A stretch of 64,000 nucleotides of DNA, taken from contig CAYIYZ010000005.1 in NCBI GenBank assembly GCA_964367935.1, positions 77,215 to 141,214 on the forward strand. Direction: 5' to 3'. Numbering within the stretch: position 1 is the first letter of the stretch; every line of letters begins with the position of its first letter. The notes under the pieces were generated by a model. It searched no databases and was not told the origin of the DNA. It was given only the letters and a program-made list of their open reading frames with translations. The stretch comes from an uncultured Oscillospiraceae bacterium. Lineage in GTDB: Bacteria; Bacillota; Clostridia; Oscillospirales; Oscillospiraceae. Both the position numbers and the translations under genes were made by a program. Shown here piece after piece: positions 46,519 through 56,067 of this stretch.

Positions 46519-47715
46519 TTACAGTACACCGTTTTCCTTGAGCTCAGCTAACTTCGCACTATCAAACCCAAGCATTTCTCCATAAACTTCCTCATTGTGC
46601 TCACCTAATCCGGGTGCAGGAGCAACTACCTTAGGCATGGTGTCCAGTAGCTTAATCGGATTTCCGTTAACCTTCATATCTCCGATTATGGGGTGATGTA
46701 CATCTACAAACATCTCACGCGCGCCTGCAATGTGCTCACAAGTCGTTACTCGCTTCAGATCATTGATAGGTGCCGCAGGAACTCCTGCTGCAAGTATGCT
46801 CTCAACACACTCGTCAACTGTACGCTCTGTGCTCCACTTCTCAATTTCCGGCTTCAATGTGTCCGCATTCTCTATACGAGTTGAGTTTGTCGAGTATCTG
46901 GGATCTGTCATAAGATCCTCACGCATCAGCACCTTTGAGCAAAGCAAATTATATAGCTTGTCGTTTCCGCAACCGATAACGAACATTCCGTCCTTAGCCT
47001 CAAATGAATCATAGGGGAAGGCTGCAGGATATTTGTTGCCCATGAGCTTAGGTTGCTCACCTGACACAAAGAATCTCTGCAGGCTTGTCTCAAGGCTGGA
47101 AACAACTGAGTCTACAAGCGCTACGTCTACCCTTTGTCCATGGCCTATGATAGAGCGTGCATGCACTGCTGCAAGAATTCCAATAGTCAAGTTCATTCCA
47201 CCCAGTACATCACCCATAGCAGTACCTGTACGTGTGGGTTCTCCGCCCTTGGGTCCCGTGATGCTCATGAGTCCGCCCGTTGCCTGAGCTATTATATCAT
47301 AGCCGGGGCGTAGTGAGTGAGGGCCATAGCAGCCGAAGCCCGAGACTGCCGCATAAATGATCTGGGGATTGATTTCCTTCAGCACATCATAGCCGACTCC
47401 CAACTTATCCATTACGCCGGGACGGTAGTTTTCTACCACTATGTCCGCCTTCTTTACCATGTCAAGAAAAGCTTGTTTGCCCTCAGGAGCCTTCAAGTTT
47501 AAAGTTACGCCCTTCTTATTACGGTTTACGTTTGCAAAGTACCTACTCTCGCCTTTGTCAAAAGGTCCGAATGACCTCGTATCATCACCTTTACCCGGTG
47601 CCTCTATCTTTATTACCTTTGCTCCGAAGTCCGCAAGCATCATAGAGCAGTACGGTCCCGCAAGCACACGAGTTAGATCTAGTACTACCAAGTCTGATAA
47701 AGCATTCTTATTCAT
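46519..47715 (-). CDS. Class III (CaiB/BaiF-family) CoA-transferase
   Basis: The N-terminal VLDLTRVLAGPYCSMMLADFGAKVIKIE is the family-III signature region. 398 aa. Confidence 0.85.
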   Translation of the reverse strand: MNKNALSDLVVLDLTRVLAGPYCSMMLADFGAKVIKIEAPGKGDDTRSFGPFDKGESRYFANVNRNKKGVTLNLKAPEGKQAFLDMVKKADIVVENYRPGVMDKLGVGYDVLKEINPQIIYAAVSGFGCYGPHSLRPGYDIIAQATGGLMSITGPKGGEPTRTGTAMGDVLGGMNLTIGILAAVHARSIIGHGQRVDVALVDSVVSSLETSLQRFFVSGEQPKLMGNKYPAAFPYDSFEAKDGMFVIGCGNDKLYNLLCSKVLMREDLMTDPRYSTNSTRIENADTLKPEIEKWSTERTVDECVESILAAGVPAAPINDLKRVTTCEHIAGAREMFVDVHHPIIGDMKVNGNPIKLLDTMPKVVAPAPGLGEHNEEVYGEMLGFDSAKLAELKENGVL

Positions 47716-47733
47716 TATATATCTCCTTTAATT

Positions 47734-49005
47734 TTAGTATACAGGATACATGATACCGGCGATCATATTGTAGAACAATCCGGATATTACTACGATAACG
47801 ACCAAGCTCAGACCTGCAATCAGTAGTAGTTCTGTAAAGGTCTTGCTCTGCTGTTCCTTTGTGAAGTTCTTATTAACAGCACCCATAGCAGCAAGGATAA
47901 GTGCGCCACCTGTAGACATCGGAGATACGCCTGCAAGCGAGCCGCCTGCGCCTACTGCTGACATTAGTGCAACTGGGTTTACATCGCCAACCTGTGCAGC
48001 TATCTCAACAGACATTGGCATCATTGTCGGGTAAACTACGCCAAGCGCTGAGCTTACAAGGCTCATTAGTCCTGCTGAAACACCCATCAGCGGTGTTGCT
48101 GTTGCTGAAGTCATGATTGAAGCAAGGCCATCACTCATCAGAGTAATTCCGCCCATCTGGTCAACTATGTCAAGTAGTGCGCCCACACCCAAAATCATTA
48201 CGATAGTCGTCCAGGGAACTGCTTTGATGCATGATGCATCGTCCGCAACCTTTAGTAAAACAAGGACAACTGCCATCAGAAGTGCTGCAAGACCTAAGTT
48301 AACACCGAATCCTATGATAAGTACCATGAGGCCTACTATGCCCATCAGTGCTATTATCTGCTTTCCTGTGAATTTCTCATTTGCTATGCCTGTAATTGGT
48401 GTCAGGGGCGCTTTGAGCTTATGTCCCTTATACAAGAAGAAAAGTATCACTGAAAGTGTGATCGTTACAAGAGTCTGTGTCACCAAAATTGTGGGCATTA
48501 CACCCTCAAGGCCTGCGCCGCTTGCCGCTTCCGTTATTATTGCAGCCTCCGGCGTTATCGGTGTCATGCGTCCTGACATCAATCCCGCCTCACCGATAAG
48601 TGCGAGCATTACAGGGTTATAACCAACCTGATACGCTATGGAAACTGCAAGCGCAGGTATGATAGCCAAAGCCGGTATAGCACCGGGGCCTACACCCGCT
48701 ACCACGAAACCTGCTATATACACCATTATCGGTATAATCCATAGACGAGTACCCGCAAGTGCTATTATCTTCTTAGCAAGTAAGTCAAGAGCTCCCGTCG
48801 AGCTGATTACTGCAAACAAAAATGTTATGCCGAACAGTGTCATGAACATCGATGCACTGATTCCGCCTATTATATCTCCGTCACTCAAGCCGAAAATACG
48901 TACCGCAAACACCGCTACGGCAAATGCCAAGACACCTACGTTTATCTTTCTGATAAATGCTATTACTATTACTGCCAGAAAAATAATTAGCGATAAAATA
49001 TCCAT
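47734..49005 (-). CDS. Ion-transporter-superfamily anion permease (CitMHS/ArsB/NhaD-like)
   Basis: 423 aa with about 11-12 TM helices and Gly/Ala-rich hairpin-like segments. Subfamily not resolved. Confidence 0.55.
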   Translation of the reverse strand: MDILSLIIFLAVIVIAFIRKINVGVLAFAVAVFAVRIFGLSDGDIIGGISASMFMTLFGITFLFAVISSTGALDLLAKKIIALAGTRLWIIPIMVYIAGFVVAGVGPGAIPALAIIPALAVSIAYQVGYNPVMLALIGEAGLMSGRMTPITPEAAIITEAASGAGLEGVMPTILVTQTLVTITLSVILFFLYKGHKLKAPLTPITGIANEKFTGKQIIALMGIVGLMVLIIGFGVNLGLAALLMAVVLVLLKVADDASCIKAVPWTTIVMILGVGALLDIVDQMGGITLMSDGLASIMTSATATPLMGVSAGLMSLVSSALGVVYPTMMPMSVEIAAQVGDVNPVALMSAVGAGGSLAGVSPMSTGGALILAAMGAVNKNFTKEQQSKTFTELLLIAGLSLVVIVVISGLFYNMIAGIMYPVY

Positions 49006-49029
49006 TGTTTTTTCCCCTTTCTTATTCCC

Positions 49030-49923
49030 CTAATCCTTTTTTTGCTCTATGTTAATGTGGTGACCGCTGTAAATTCCGTCTATGGTGCTTCTCTGGTACT
49101 TTGCAAGCTCAAGCAGCTTGTCAAAATCTATGCCAGTTTCATAGCCCATGCGGTTTAACATGTACACTAAGTCCTCTGTGGCTGTATTGCCGGACGCTCC
49201 GGGTGCAAAAGGACAGCCGCCAAGTCCGCCGAGAGTGCTCTGCACCGTATTTACTCCACACTCTATCGCCGCCAGAGTATTTACCATGCCCATGTTTCTC
49301 GTATCATGGATGTGAATTTGAATTTCCATATCAGGAAACTCTGTCTTGTACGCCGACACAACTTCTCTTATCTGTGAGGGTACCGCTATACCTATCGTAT
49401 CGGCAAGATTTATCGAACGTATCCCCATTTCGTAAAGCCTCTTACCGAAGTCTATCGCCGATTGCATCGTCGGTATTCCTTCAAAAGGACAACCAAACAC
49501 CGTAGCCAAGCCCACGCAGATATTCATTTCAGGATACGCCTCAATGATCTTAGCCAGCTCTGCAAGTGACTCATCATGTGTCCTATTGATATTCGCCTTA
49601 TTATGAGACTCACTCAAAGACACTACAAAGGAAATATTCCTTACCCCACTCTCCCATGCACCTTGAGCACCTCTCAAGTTCGGCGCAAGCGCATAGAGTT
49701 TCACATCCTTATACTTCTCAGTACAATAGGTCGCCACCTCCTTGGCATCCGCCATTTGAGGTATAGCCTTAGGACTAACGAAGGATGTTATCTCTAACTC
49801 CTTCACTCCGGCAGCTACCAATCCGTCAATAATCTCAAGCTTCTGCTCCTTAGTCAAAAGCTGCTTAAGATTTTGAAACCCGTCTCTCGGTCCCACTTCC
49901 AAAATGTTAATCTTCTTTTGCAT
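49030..49923 (-). CDS. HMG-CoA-lyase-like (HMGL family) acyl-CoA lyase
   Basis: The N-terminal EVGPRDGFQN signature and a TIM-barrel pattern with HIHDTRNMG and GGLGGCPFAPGASGN. Confidence 0.85.
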   Translation of the reverse strand: MQKKINILEVGPRDGFQNLKQLLTKEQKLEIIDGLVAAGVKELEITSFVSPKAIPQMADAKEVATYCTEKYKDVKLYALAPNLRGAQGAWESGVRNISFVVSLSESHNKANINRTHDESLAELAKIIEAYPEMNICVGLATVFGCPFEGIPTMQSAIDFGKRLYEMGIRSINLADTIGIAVPSQIREVVSAYKTEFPDMEIQIHIHDTRNMGMVNTLAAIECGVNTVQSTLGGLGGCPFAPGASGNTATEDLVYMLNRMGYETGIDFDKLLELAKYQRSTIDGIYSGHHINIEQKKD

Positions 49924-49952
49924 TTGCCTCCCCTTCCCAATACTTAATTTTT

Positions 49953-49967
49953 AAGTTAATTTAACTT
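49953..49967. promoter_or_regulatory. Perfect 15-bp palindrome, candidate operator
   Basis: AAGTTAAtTTAACTT lies in the divergent promoter region between the lyase operon and the LacI-family gene. Confidence 0.3.
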
Positions 49968-50038
49968 CTTTAACTGAATTATATTTAATATCACCATAAA
50001 GTCAAGCATTTTCTGTATATTTATTGTTTTTTACAATT

Positions 50039-50055
50039 TGTAAAACCCAGTATTA
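50039..50055. promoter_or_regulatory. Perfect 17-bp palindrome, candidate operator
   Basis: TTTTACAAtTTGTAAAA lies in the same divergent region. Confidence 0.3.
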
Positions 50056-50168
50056 TGCAAGTCATACAACTATTTTTGCATATATCTCTCACTAACTATC
50101 TTGACAAGTTTAGTAAATGAAATTATACTTAATTTCTTAAGCTATTTTTTTATTTTTTAGGAGGTATT

Positions 50169-51173
50169 ATGGTTACTTTATCTGATATTGCAAAACGTTG
50201 TGAAACTTCTGTTGCTACAGTGTCATACGTACTCAGTGGTCAAGGCAACAAGCACAAAATCAGCGACGCTATGCAACAGAAAATAATTAAAGCTTCACAC
50301 GATATGGGTTATAGAAAAAATCGAGCGAAGCCCTCTGCAAGTGGGCGTACCGTTATCGCCATCTGTTGGCCGCACCGAAATTTCGAGACTACCATAGCTA
50401 ATATGCTCATTGGTATCTCAAGCGTTGTGACTGACAAAATTGACCCGGTAGACATTATTATTAAGCCATTCGAATACGGTAAACTGGATCAGCACGGCGA
50501 TCTTTGGCAGGGTAATGTTGCCGATGCAGCCATTATCATGGCTGCTACAACCGAAGATATAGACTACCTCGAGAGAAACAAGCCAAGCATACCCTTAGTA
50601 CTGATTAACAGACTTGGTACTTCCTTTTCTTGTGTATCCATAGACGACGACACCTCGGGCTTACTCGCCGCTACTCACGCTATCAGCAAGGCGCAACATG
50701 ATATTTGTCTGGTCTTAAACCCAGATCCGATCTACGGTCTAAAGAAGCGTGCTTCTATCATGCTTGATGTTTGCAATGATAACAACATTGACATGGAAGA
50801 CAAAGTATACTTCTGCAAGAACAGCATTGACGATGGCTACGAGCTCGGTCTCGAGTTTCTTCGTAAAAACAGGCTATCCAAAGTAATAGTTTGCGTTTAT
50901 GACATGGTGGCGCTCGGGATTATGAGCGCACTGAACGAAAACGGTATTAAAATCGGCGAGGACGTTGAAATCATCGCTACAAGCACCGGTCTTCCCGGAC
51001 TGTTTGCGCGCTCCTCGCCGCCTATGACCGTCGTTGATTTGAAAATCGAGGAAGTTACCGTACAGTCTATCCGACTTGCACACAGTCTCGCCACAAACCG
51101 GCTAAAGGCTCCTCAAACTTTAACCGTTACACCCGAAATCATTTACAGAGTTTCCAGCCCTCTTAATGCCTAA
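50169..51173 (+). CDS. LacI-family transcriptional regulator
   Basis: N-terminal HTH VTLSDIAKRCETSVATVSYVLSG and a periplasmic-binding-protein-like C-terminal domain. RBS AGGAGG. Confidence 0.85.
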   Translation: MVTLSDIAKRCETSVATVSYVLSGQGNKHKISDAMQQKIIKASHDMGYRKNRAKPSASGRTVIAICWPHRNFETTIANMLIGISSVVTDKIDPVDIIIKPFEYGKLDQHGDLWQGNVADAAIIMAATTEDIDYLERNKPSIPLVLINRLGTSFSCVSIDDDTSGLLAATHAISKAQHDICLVLNPDPIYGLKKRASIMLDVCNDNNIDMEDKVYFCKNSIDDGYELGLEFLRKNRLSKVIVCVYDMVALGIMSALNENGIKIGEDVEIIATSTGLPGLFARSSPPMTVVDLKIEEVTVQSIRLAHSLATNRLKAPQTLTVTPEIIYRVSSPLNA

Positions 51174-51200
51174 GTCAGACTGTCTTTCACTATCTACATG

Positions 51201-51246
51201 CCAAATCTAAAGGCTTACGATATATATCGTAAGCCTTTAGATTTGG
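51201..51246. terminator. Long perfect hairpin (22-bp stem), bidirectional terminator
   Basis: CCAAATCTAAAGGCTTACGATAtaTATCGTAAGCCTTTAGATTTGG between convergent genes. Confidence 0.7.
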
Positions 51247-51255
51247 TATTAAAAT

Positions 51256-51729
51256 TCAGCTCGTACTGATATTACTCGCTTCAACCGCTCTTAACAAAAC
51301 ACTTTTATCGAATCCGAAATCATCATAGCCCTCCATACATTCGGCAAGGTAGTCATCGCTCGGTATTCCGAGTTCTTTGTCCTCATGCATGATATAAACG
51401 AACCCCTGCTGCCAATCTGTCTTACCTGTCTCCGACTCCGTCACCATCAGATTCATTTGCGTCTTATAATATAGGATAGGAAAACCCTCGTAGTGATCAA
51501 GCGCTATGACATCGTCCGGCTCTACCGCCCACACTGCAACCGGCACTTCACTGCCACTTTCCTCTTCAATAGTTAGATATACGCCCCTTCGGCAGCCTTT
51601 AAAGCGCAGAGCATAATCTATAACGACTGATTTGCCTACCACTCGTGCCCTTGGACAACGCCTCTTCATTTGATACATATTTAAATTACTACCGTAGGCT
51701 ATATAGTATTGTTGTCCCATGCAAAACAT
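51256..51729 (-). CDS. Gamma-glutamylcyclotransferase (AIG2/GGCT-like) family protein
   Basis: YIAYGSNLNMYQMKRRCP is the characteristic YGSL/N motif. About 150 aa. Confidence 0.7.
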   Translation of the reverse strand: MFCMGQQYYIAYGSNLNMYQMKRRCPRARVVGKSVVIDYALRFKGCRRGVYLTIEEESGSEVPVAVWAVEPDDVIALDHYEGFPILYYKTQMNLMVTESETGKTDWQQGFVYIMHEDKELGIPSDDYLAECMEGYDDFGFDKSVLLRAVEASNISTS

Positions 51730-51840
51730 CGTCCTTTCGAAGAATTCACTTTTTTGAGCTAAGCTTATTTTCGGGCTCTGATATACGGTCTTTTCTACCG
51801 CAACCTATAGTTTCATTTTTCTTAGCTCTCTTAGAAATGT

Positions 51841-51880
51841 AACAAACAAGCGGGCGATAACCGAAGTTCGGTTATCGCCC
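51841..51880 (-). terminator. Terminator after the Crp/Fnr gene (minus strand)
   Basis: GGGCGATAACCGAAgTTCGGTTATCGCCC. On the minus strand it is followed by GCTTGTTTGTT. Confidence 0.6.
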
Positions 51881-51962
51881 TACAAGAAGCATCAACGAAG
51901 CATAGGGGCACCCTGTACTCACCGAAATAGGTTCGTTTATGTGCTAACACACAGTTTACAAT

Positions 51963-52667
51963 TCACATACACAGCTTACGTAAAGTGTCGAGGTCATGTA
52001 TAATTACATGGCCGCTTCTGTCCAGTTCAAGAACATTATCTTTTTTGAGTGCACTAAGTATTCTCGCCACAGTTACCCTGTGTGCTGAAGTAATGGATGC
52101 TATCTCTTTCTGTGTCATGTTCAATACGATGTCTGTACTGTGTTTTTGTGTGATATCATTATTTGCATTCACATGCATGGCATAAGTATAAATGAAACGG
52201 CATATGGACTTTTGCGGAGACTGGAAGGTCATATGCTCAATATGATCGAACAGAGACTGCACCTTTGACGCAAGAGAATGTATTAGTCGTAGAGAAAGCG
52301 CACTGTCACTGATTATCATATCGGAAAAAACCTCTTTATCAAACAAAACGACTTCACAATCTGTGTAAGCTGTGAGTGAAGCGGTCAGTTCCTGACCATT
52401 GAAGTAAGGAGCAAGTGCTACAGGCGCAGGTGCAGCACCATACCAGTATATTTTCTCTTCGCCCTCCTCATTAAGCGTCGATATCTTCACTATGCCATTC
52501 ACGAGGAAAATAAGCTTGTCCACTACCATGCCCTGAACTTTTAACGTATCATCTTTTCTATAATATGCAGCTCTCCCCTTATGGAAATGCGGTTTGAAGT
52601 ACTCCAAAATATCAGATGGACCTGCCCAAGGCAAAGAGTACACTATGGCATTATCATTATTTGACAC
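51963..52667 (-). CDS. Crp/Fnr-family transcriptional regulator
   Basis: An N-terminal cNMP-binding-like beta-roll and a C-terminal HTH MTQKEIASITSAHRVTVARILSALKKDNVL. No Fnr-type N-terminal Cys cluster. Confidence 0.8.
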   Translation of the reverse strand: MSNNDNAIVYSLPWAGPSDILEYFKPHFHKGRAAYYRKDDTLKVQGMVVDKLIFLVNGIVKISTLNEEGEEKIYWYGAAPAPVALAPYFNGQELTASLTAYTDCEVVLFDKEVFSDMIISDSALSLRLIHSLASKVQSLFDHIEHMTFQSPQKSICRFIYTYAMHVNANNDITQKHSTDIVLNMTQKEIASITSAHRVTVARILSALKKDNVLELDRSGHVIIHDLDTLRKLCM

Positions 52668-52835
52668 TGTACATCCCCCCCTCTATTCACTATACCACAC
52701 ACGCCTCCACTTTTCAACGCTTCCATGCAAACTGCACAAAAAAATTGGCTTGAATTTTATATTCACTTGTATCAATGCTACTTCAAGTCAGGGGTCGACA
52801 ATGTTAGAATACAGAAAAAAATAGGGGGTAAAGTT

Positions 52836-54302
52836 TTGAGTAAACCTAATATTGTATTTATATTCGGCGAACAGCACAATTCTCAGTTTTTAGGCTGTGC
52901 CGGTGATAAATTGGCAAACACGCCAACTTTAGACAGACTGGCCGCAGGCGGTGCTCGTCTACAAAATTGCTATTGCAATTCACCTTTGTGTGTGCCCAGT
53001 CGTTCGAGTCTCATGACTGGCAGATTACCACAGGACAACATGGTATACAACAATCAGCAGACCTTACATTCGGACACACCCACCATTGCACACGCACTGT
53101 GCAACGCAGGCTATGAGACGGTACTGTCCGGGCGTATGCACTTTTATGGGCTAGACCAATATCATGGGTTTGAGCAACGCCTTGTAGGCGACGTGACACC
53201 GGTGTTTCAAGGACACAATGTAAACAAACTTGTATTTGGTAACCTAGACGGCACTATGTTGCAAAAACGTATGACCTTAGAGCGTTCCGGTGCCGGTGAT
53301 TGTGCAAATTTCCATTTTGATAGGGATGTATGCTCGGCAGCTGTAAAACATATGTCGGAGCGTGATAAGGACAGGCCTTTATTTATGACATTGGGACTGT
53401 TTTCCATACACCCGCCTTTCGTATGCAAAGAGGATCGTTATGAGCACTATTACAATCTCTTGTCAGAGCCGAATGCTGCTGAAGTCGATTACGAGAGTTT
53501 GCACCCTGCAATAAAGCACTGGTTGGAAAGTCGTAACATAGTTGACATAACACCGGATGTGATACGACGCATAAGGGCAGCCTACTACGGTATGTTGGAG
53601 TTTTTGGATGAGCAGGTGGCGTTGGTGTTAAAAGGCGTGGAGGAACATTTAGGCCTTGAGAACACGGTAATAGTGTATTCCTCCGATCACGGTGAAAGTC
53701 TTGGTTACGAACGCATGTACTGGAAGGGCACATTTTACGACACCGCCGCTAAGGTGCCGGCTATAATACATTGGCCGAAACGCATAGAACCGGGCACTAT
53801 CATAGATGGGCTTACTTGCCTCGCCGACCTAAGTGCTACCTTTCTCGACATCGGTGGAGCCATGCGCCTACCTAAGATGTTCGGACGTAGCCTGATGCCT
53901 GTACTTGAAGGCAAGGAGAAAATTGAAGCGGATCGCAGCATCATATCTCAGATAGGCACCTACCCTTCAAACGGCGATAGACCTGCCGCAATGATACGCA
54001 AGGGGCGATATAAGTTAGTTGAGTATGTGGGTTATGAGGCTGTACAGCTCTTTGACTTGGAGTCTGACCCGAACGAGATAAACGATCTAGGTGCCAGCGC
54101 TGATTATGTAGATGTGATAAAGTCTCTGCAAGCCGAACTGAGGGGATACTGGGACGGCGAAGCGGCAGAGCGTTATTGCGTGGACTTCCTTGATAACTTC
54201 AAAATTATAAAGACCTGGAGCAACACCACAAAGTTTAATATGCCCGAGCGTTGGGTGGCACCCGAAGGTGCTAATTACCTAAAAGGTGAGATTTACGACT
54301 GA
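52836..54302 (+). CDS. Cys-type sulfatase, choline-sulfatase (BetC)-like, apparently cytoplasmic
   Basis: CNSPLCVPSRSSLMTGR (CxPxR formylglycine motif) and SGRMHFYGLDQYHGFEQRL closely resemble BetC blocks. No signal peptide. The start is placed at TTG 52836 (AGGGGG 7 nt upstream). The track's N-terminal extension has no homology-like content. Confidence 0.8.
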   Translation: MSKPNIVFIFGEQHNSQFLGCAGDKLANTPTLDRLAAGGARLQNCYCNSPLCVPSRSSLMTGRLPQDNMVYNNQQTLHSDTPTIAHALCNAGYETVLSGRMHFYGLDQYHGFEQRLVGDVTPVFQGHNVNKLVFGNLDGTMLQKRMTLERSGAGDCANFHFDRDVCSAAVKHMSERDKDRPLFMTLGLFSIHPPFVCKEDRYEHYYNLLSEPNAAEVDYESLHPAIKHWLESRNIVDITPDVIRRIRAAYYGMLEFLDEQVALVLKGVEEHLGLENTVIVYSSDHGESLGYERMYWKGTFYDTAAKVPAIIHWPKRIEPGTIIDGLTCLADLSATFLDIGGAMRLPKMFGRSLMPVLEGKEKIEADRSIISQIGTYPSNGDRPAAMIRKGRYKLVEYVGYEAVQLFDLESDPNEINDLGASADYVDVIKSLQAELRGYWDGEAAERYCVDFLDNFKIIKTWSNTTKFNMPERWVAPEGANYLKGEIYD

Positions 54303-54322
54303 ATATTATAGGGGGAATAAAA

Positions 54323-55792
54323 ATGGGAACTCAAAATATTGAACAAAAGGGCAAAAATCACGCTCTTATTTACCTGATTAAGATACTTGCAGGTCCTTTG
54401 GCATGTATAATTCTAATGCAAATCCCAATAGATGGCTTGGATAACACTGCCAAACTTACTTTAGGCGTTTACTTATGGATGATCGTTTGGTGGTGTACGG
54501 AAGCACTACCTTGGGCTATTACCAGTATGATGCCGCTTCTGTTGCTACCGCCCTTGGGTGTATTAAAACTCACGGAAGTAACTTCCTTGATTTACGGACA
54601 GCGCATATTCTTCCTCATGATATTCGTTTTCATCATGAGCGGTCCCATTAAGCGTAGCGGCTTGGGTCAAAGGATAGCGATGAATCTTCTGTCAATTAAG
54701 TGGATTAATGGCTCACTAAATCGCTTTGTGCTTGTATTCATGTTCGCATCAGCTATACTTAATGCTCTGTTTAGCATCGCAGGCAGTGTAATTATTGCAC
54801 CTGTAGGCATGGCGACACTTGACCACATATTCAATGAGTATGAGAAGAACGGCGTGAAGCATGACAAGACAAAAGTTGGTGCATACGTCATTCTCGGCGG
54901 ACTCTACGGTGCTATTGCCGGTGGTTTCTGCACCCTGCACGCCATTCCCCACAACGTGATGGTACTTTCTCTAATGGAAGAAATAAATGCCATAACCACT
55001 AGTTATATGCAGTGGACTTTGGTTGGTGTCCCCCTTGCCATAGTATTCGTACTTGTGGGTTACTTCGTGTTGCGACTCATTTACGGTAAGCACGCAGGAG
55101 AGATCCCCGGTGGAGTGCAGTATTTCCGTGCACAGAAACTTGCCTTAGGTAAGCTTACTCGCCCTGAAATCGTACTGGGTGCTACCTTAGGTGTAACCAT
55201 TGCACTATGGGCTTCAACCACATTCTTTACACTTCCGGGTATTGACTTCTACTGGGTATCTTACCTCGGAATACTTGCTCTTTTTATTATCCCCTCGGAC
55301 GTGTCAAAGAAACAGGGACTCGCCACCATGGATGATTTCAAGAGCATGAACTGGAATATCATCTTGCTCATTACAGCTGCGGTCGGTTATTCTTCCTTAC
55401 TAGAAAAGGTGGGCATTATCACATATATTTCAAACCTTCTTCAAAATGTCAGCGGTACGGCTCTGCAGCTCATTGCGGCATATGTTACGCCTGTAATGAC
55501 AAACTTCCTTCCCGGTATGGCGTCCGCTGTAACCATGTCTACTATAGTCCTTCCACTCACGGAAGGTGCGGGTATAAACCCGGCAGTCATAGCACGTGTT
55601 ATACCCGCTATGTCTATGGGCTTTATCTTCCCTTGGGCCGGTACCATGTCCGCCATTTACTTTGGCACCGGCAAGGTTACCATAAAAGAAATGGCAAAGA
55701 CCGGCATCATTATAACCTTAGTGCTAGCCACTTTGGCCATGTTCTTGGGCGGAGCCTTGCTGACCCTGTTCGGCGCATACACACCTATGTAA
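54323..55792 (+). CDS. SLC13/DASS-family anion:sodium symporter
   Basis: 489 aa and polytopic, with WWCTEALPWAITSMMPLLLLP, the typical DASS hairpin motif. RBS GGGGGA. Confidence 0.75.
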   Translation: MGTQNIEQKGKNHALIYLIKILAGPLACIILMQIPIDGLDNTAKLTLGVYLWMIVWWCTEALPWAITSMMPLLLLPPLGVLKLTEVTSLIYGQRIFFLMIFVFIMSGPIKRSGLGQRIAMNLLSIKWINGSLNRFVLVFMFASAILNALFSIAGSVIIAPVGMATLDHIFNEYEKNGVKHDKTKVGAYVILGGLYGAIAGGFCTLHAIPHNVMVLSLMEEINAITTSYMQWTLVGVPLAIVFVLVGYFVLRLIYGKHAGEIPGGVQYFRAQKLALGKLTRPEIVLGATLGVTIALWASTTFFTLPGIDFYWVSYLGILALFIIPSDVSKKQGLATMDDFKSMNWNIILLITAAVGYSSLLEKVGIITYISNLLQNVSGTALQLIAAYVTPVMTNFLPGMASAVTMSTIVLPLTEGAGINPAVIARVIPAMSMGFIFPWAGTMSAIYFGTGKVTIKEMAKTGIIITLVLATLAMFLGGALLTLFGAYTPM

Positions 55793-55828
55793 TCTGATAC
55801 GAGTAGCAATTATACAAGCTATCATAAC

Positions 55829-55866
55829 GAAAAGAGACACCTTTCTCACAAAAGGTGTCTCTTTTT
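55829..55866. terminator. Terminator hairpin, copy A of a perfect 38-nt direct repeat
   Basis: GAAAAGAGACACCTTTctcacaAAAGGTGTCTCTTTTT has a 15-bp stem and serves the plus-strand DASS gene. Confidence 0.8.
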
Positions 55867-56067
55867 AGTCTGTCGAAAAACAGGTTTTTCGACAAAAGGG
55901 GGTACTCGGCTTGCGAACCTCGAGCGGAATCTGAGGCGTGTACACGCCCCGCCACAGATGAAATTTAGCATTTTTCTAAAATCAGACCAGGCAACTCGCC
56001 GTGATTTTAGAAAAATCTTTGCTCGGCAAAGGACGAGAGTTTGTTGCCATGACTTTTTTGACAAGCT
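55867..56067. mobile_element. 201-bp non-coding, hairpin-rich insert with imperfect terminal inverted repeats (MITE-like)
   Basis: It lies exactly between the two identical terminator copies. The ends AGTCTGTCGAAAAA and TTTTTTGACAAGCT match 11/14 as inverted repeats. Internal palindromes are GTCGAAAAAcaggTTTTTCGAC, GGCGTGTACACGCC, TTTTTCTAAAATCA(17 nt)TGATTTTAGAAAAA and CTTTGCtcgGCAAAG. Confidence 0.45.

Noticed and set aside
52725-52835. 37-codon N-terminal extension of the sulfatase ORF in the track
   Set aside because: The extension covers the divergent promoter region, has no RBS and has no sulfatase-like sequence. TTG 52836 with AGGGGG upstream gives a typical MSKPNIVFIFGEQH start.
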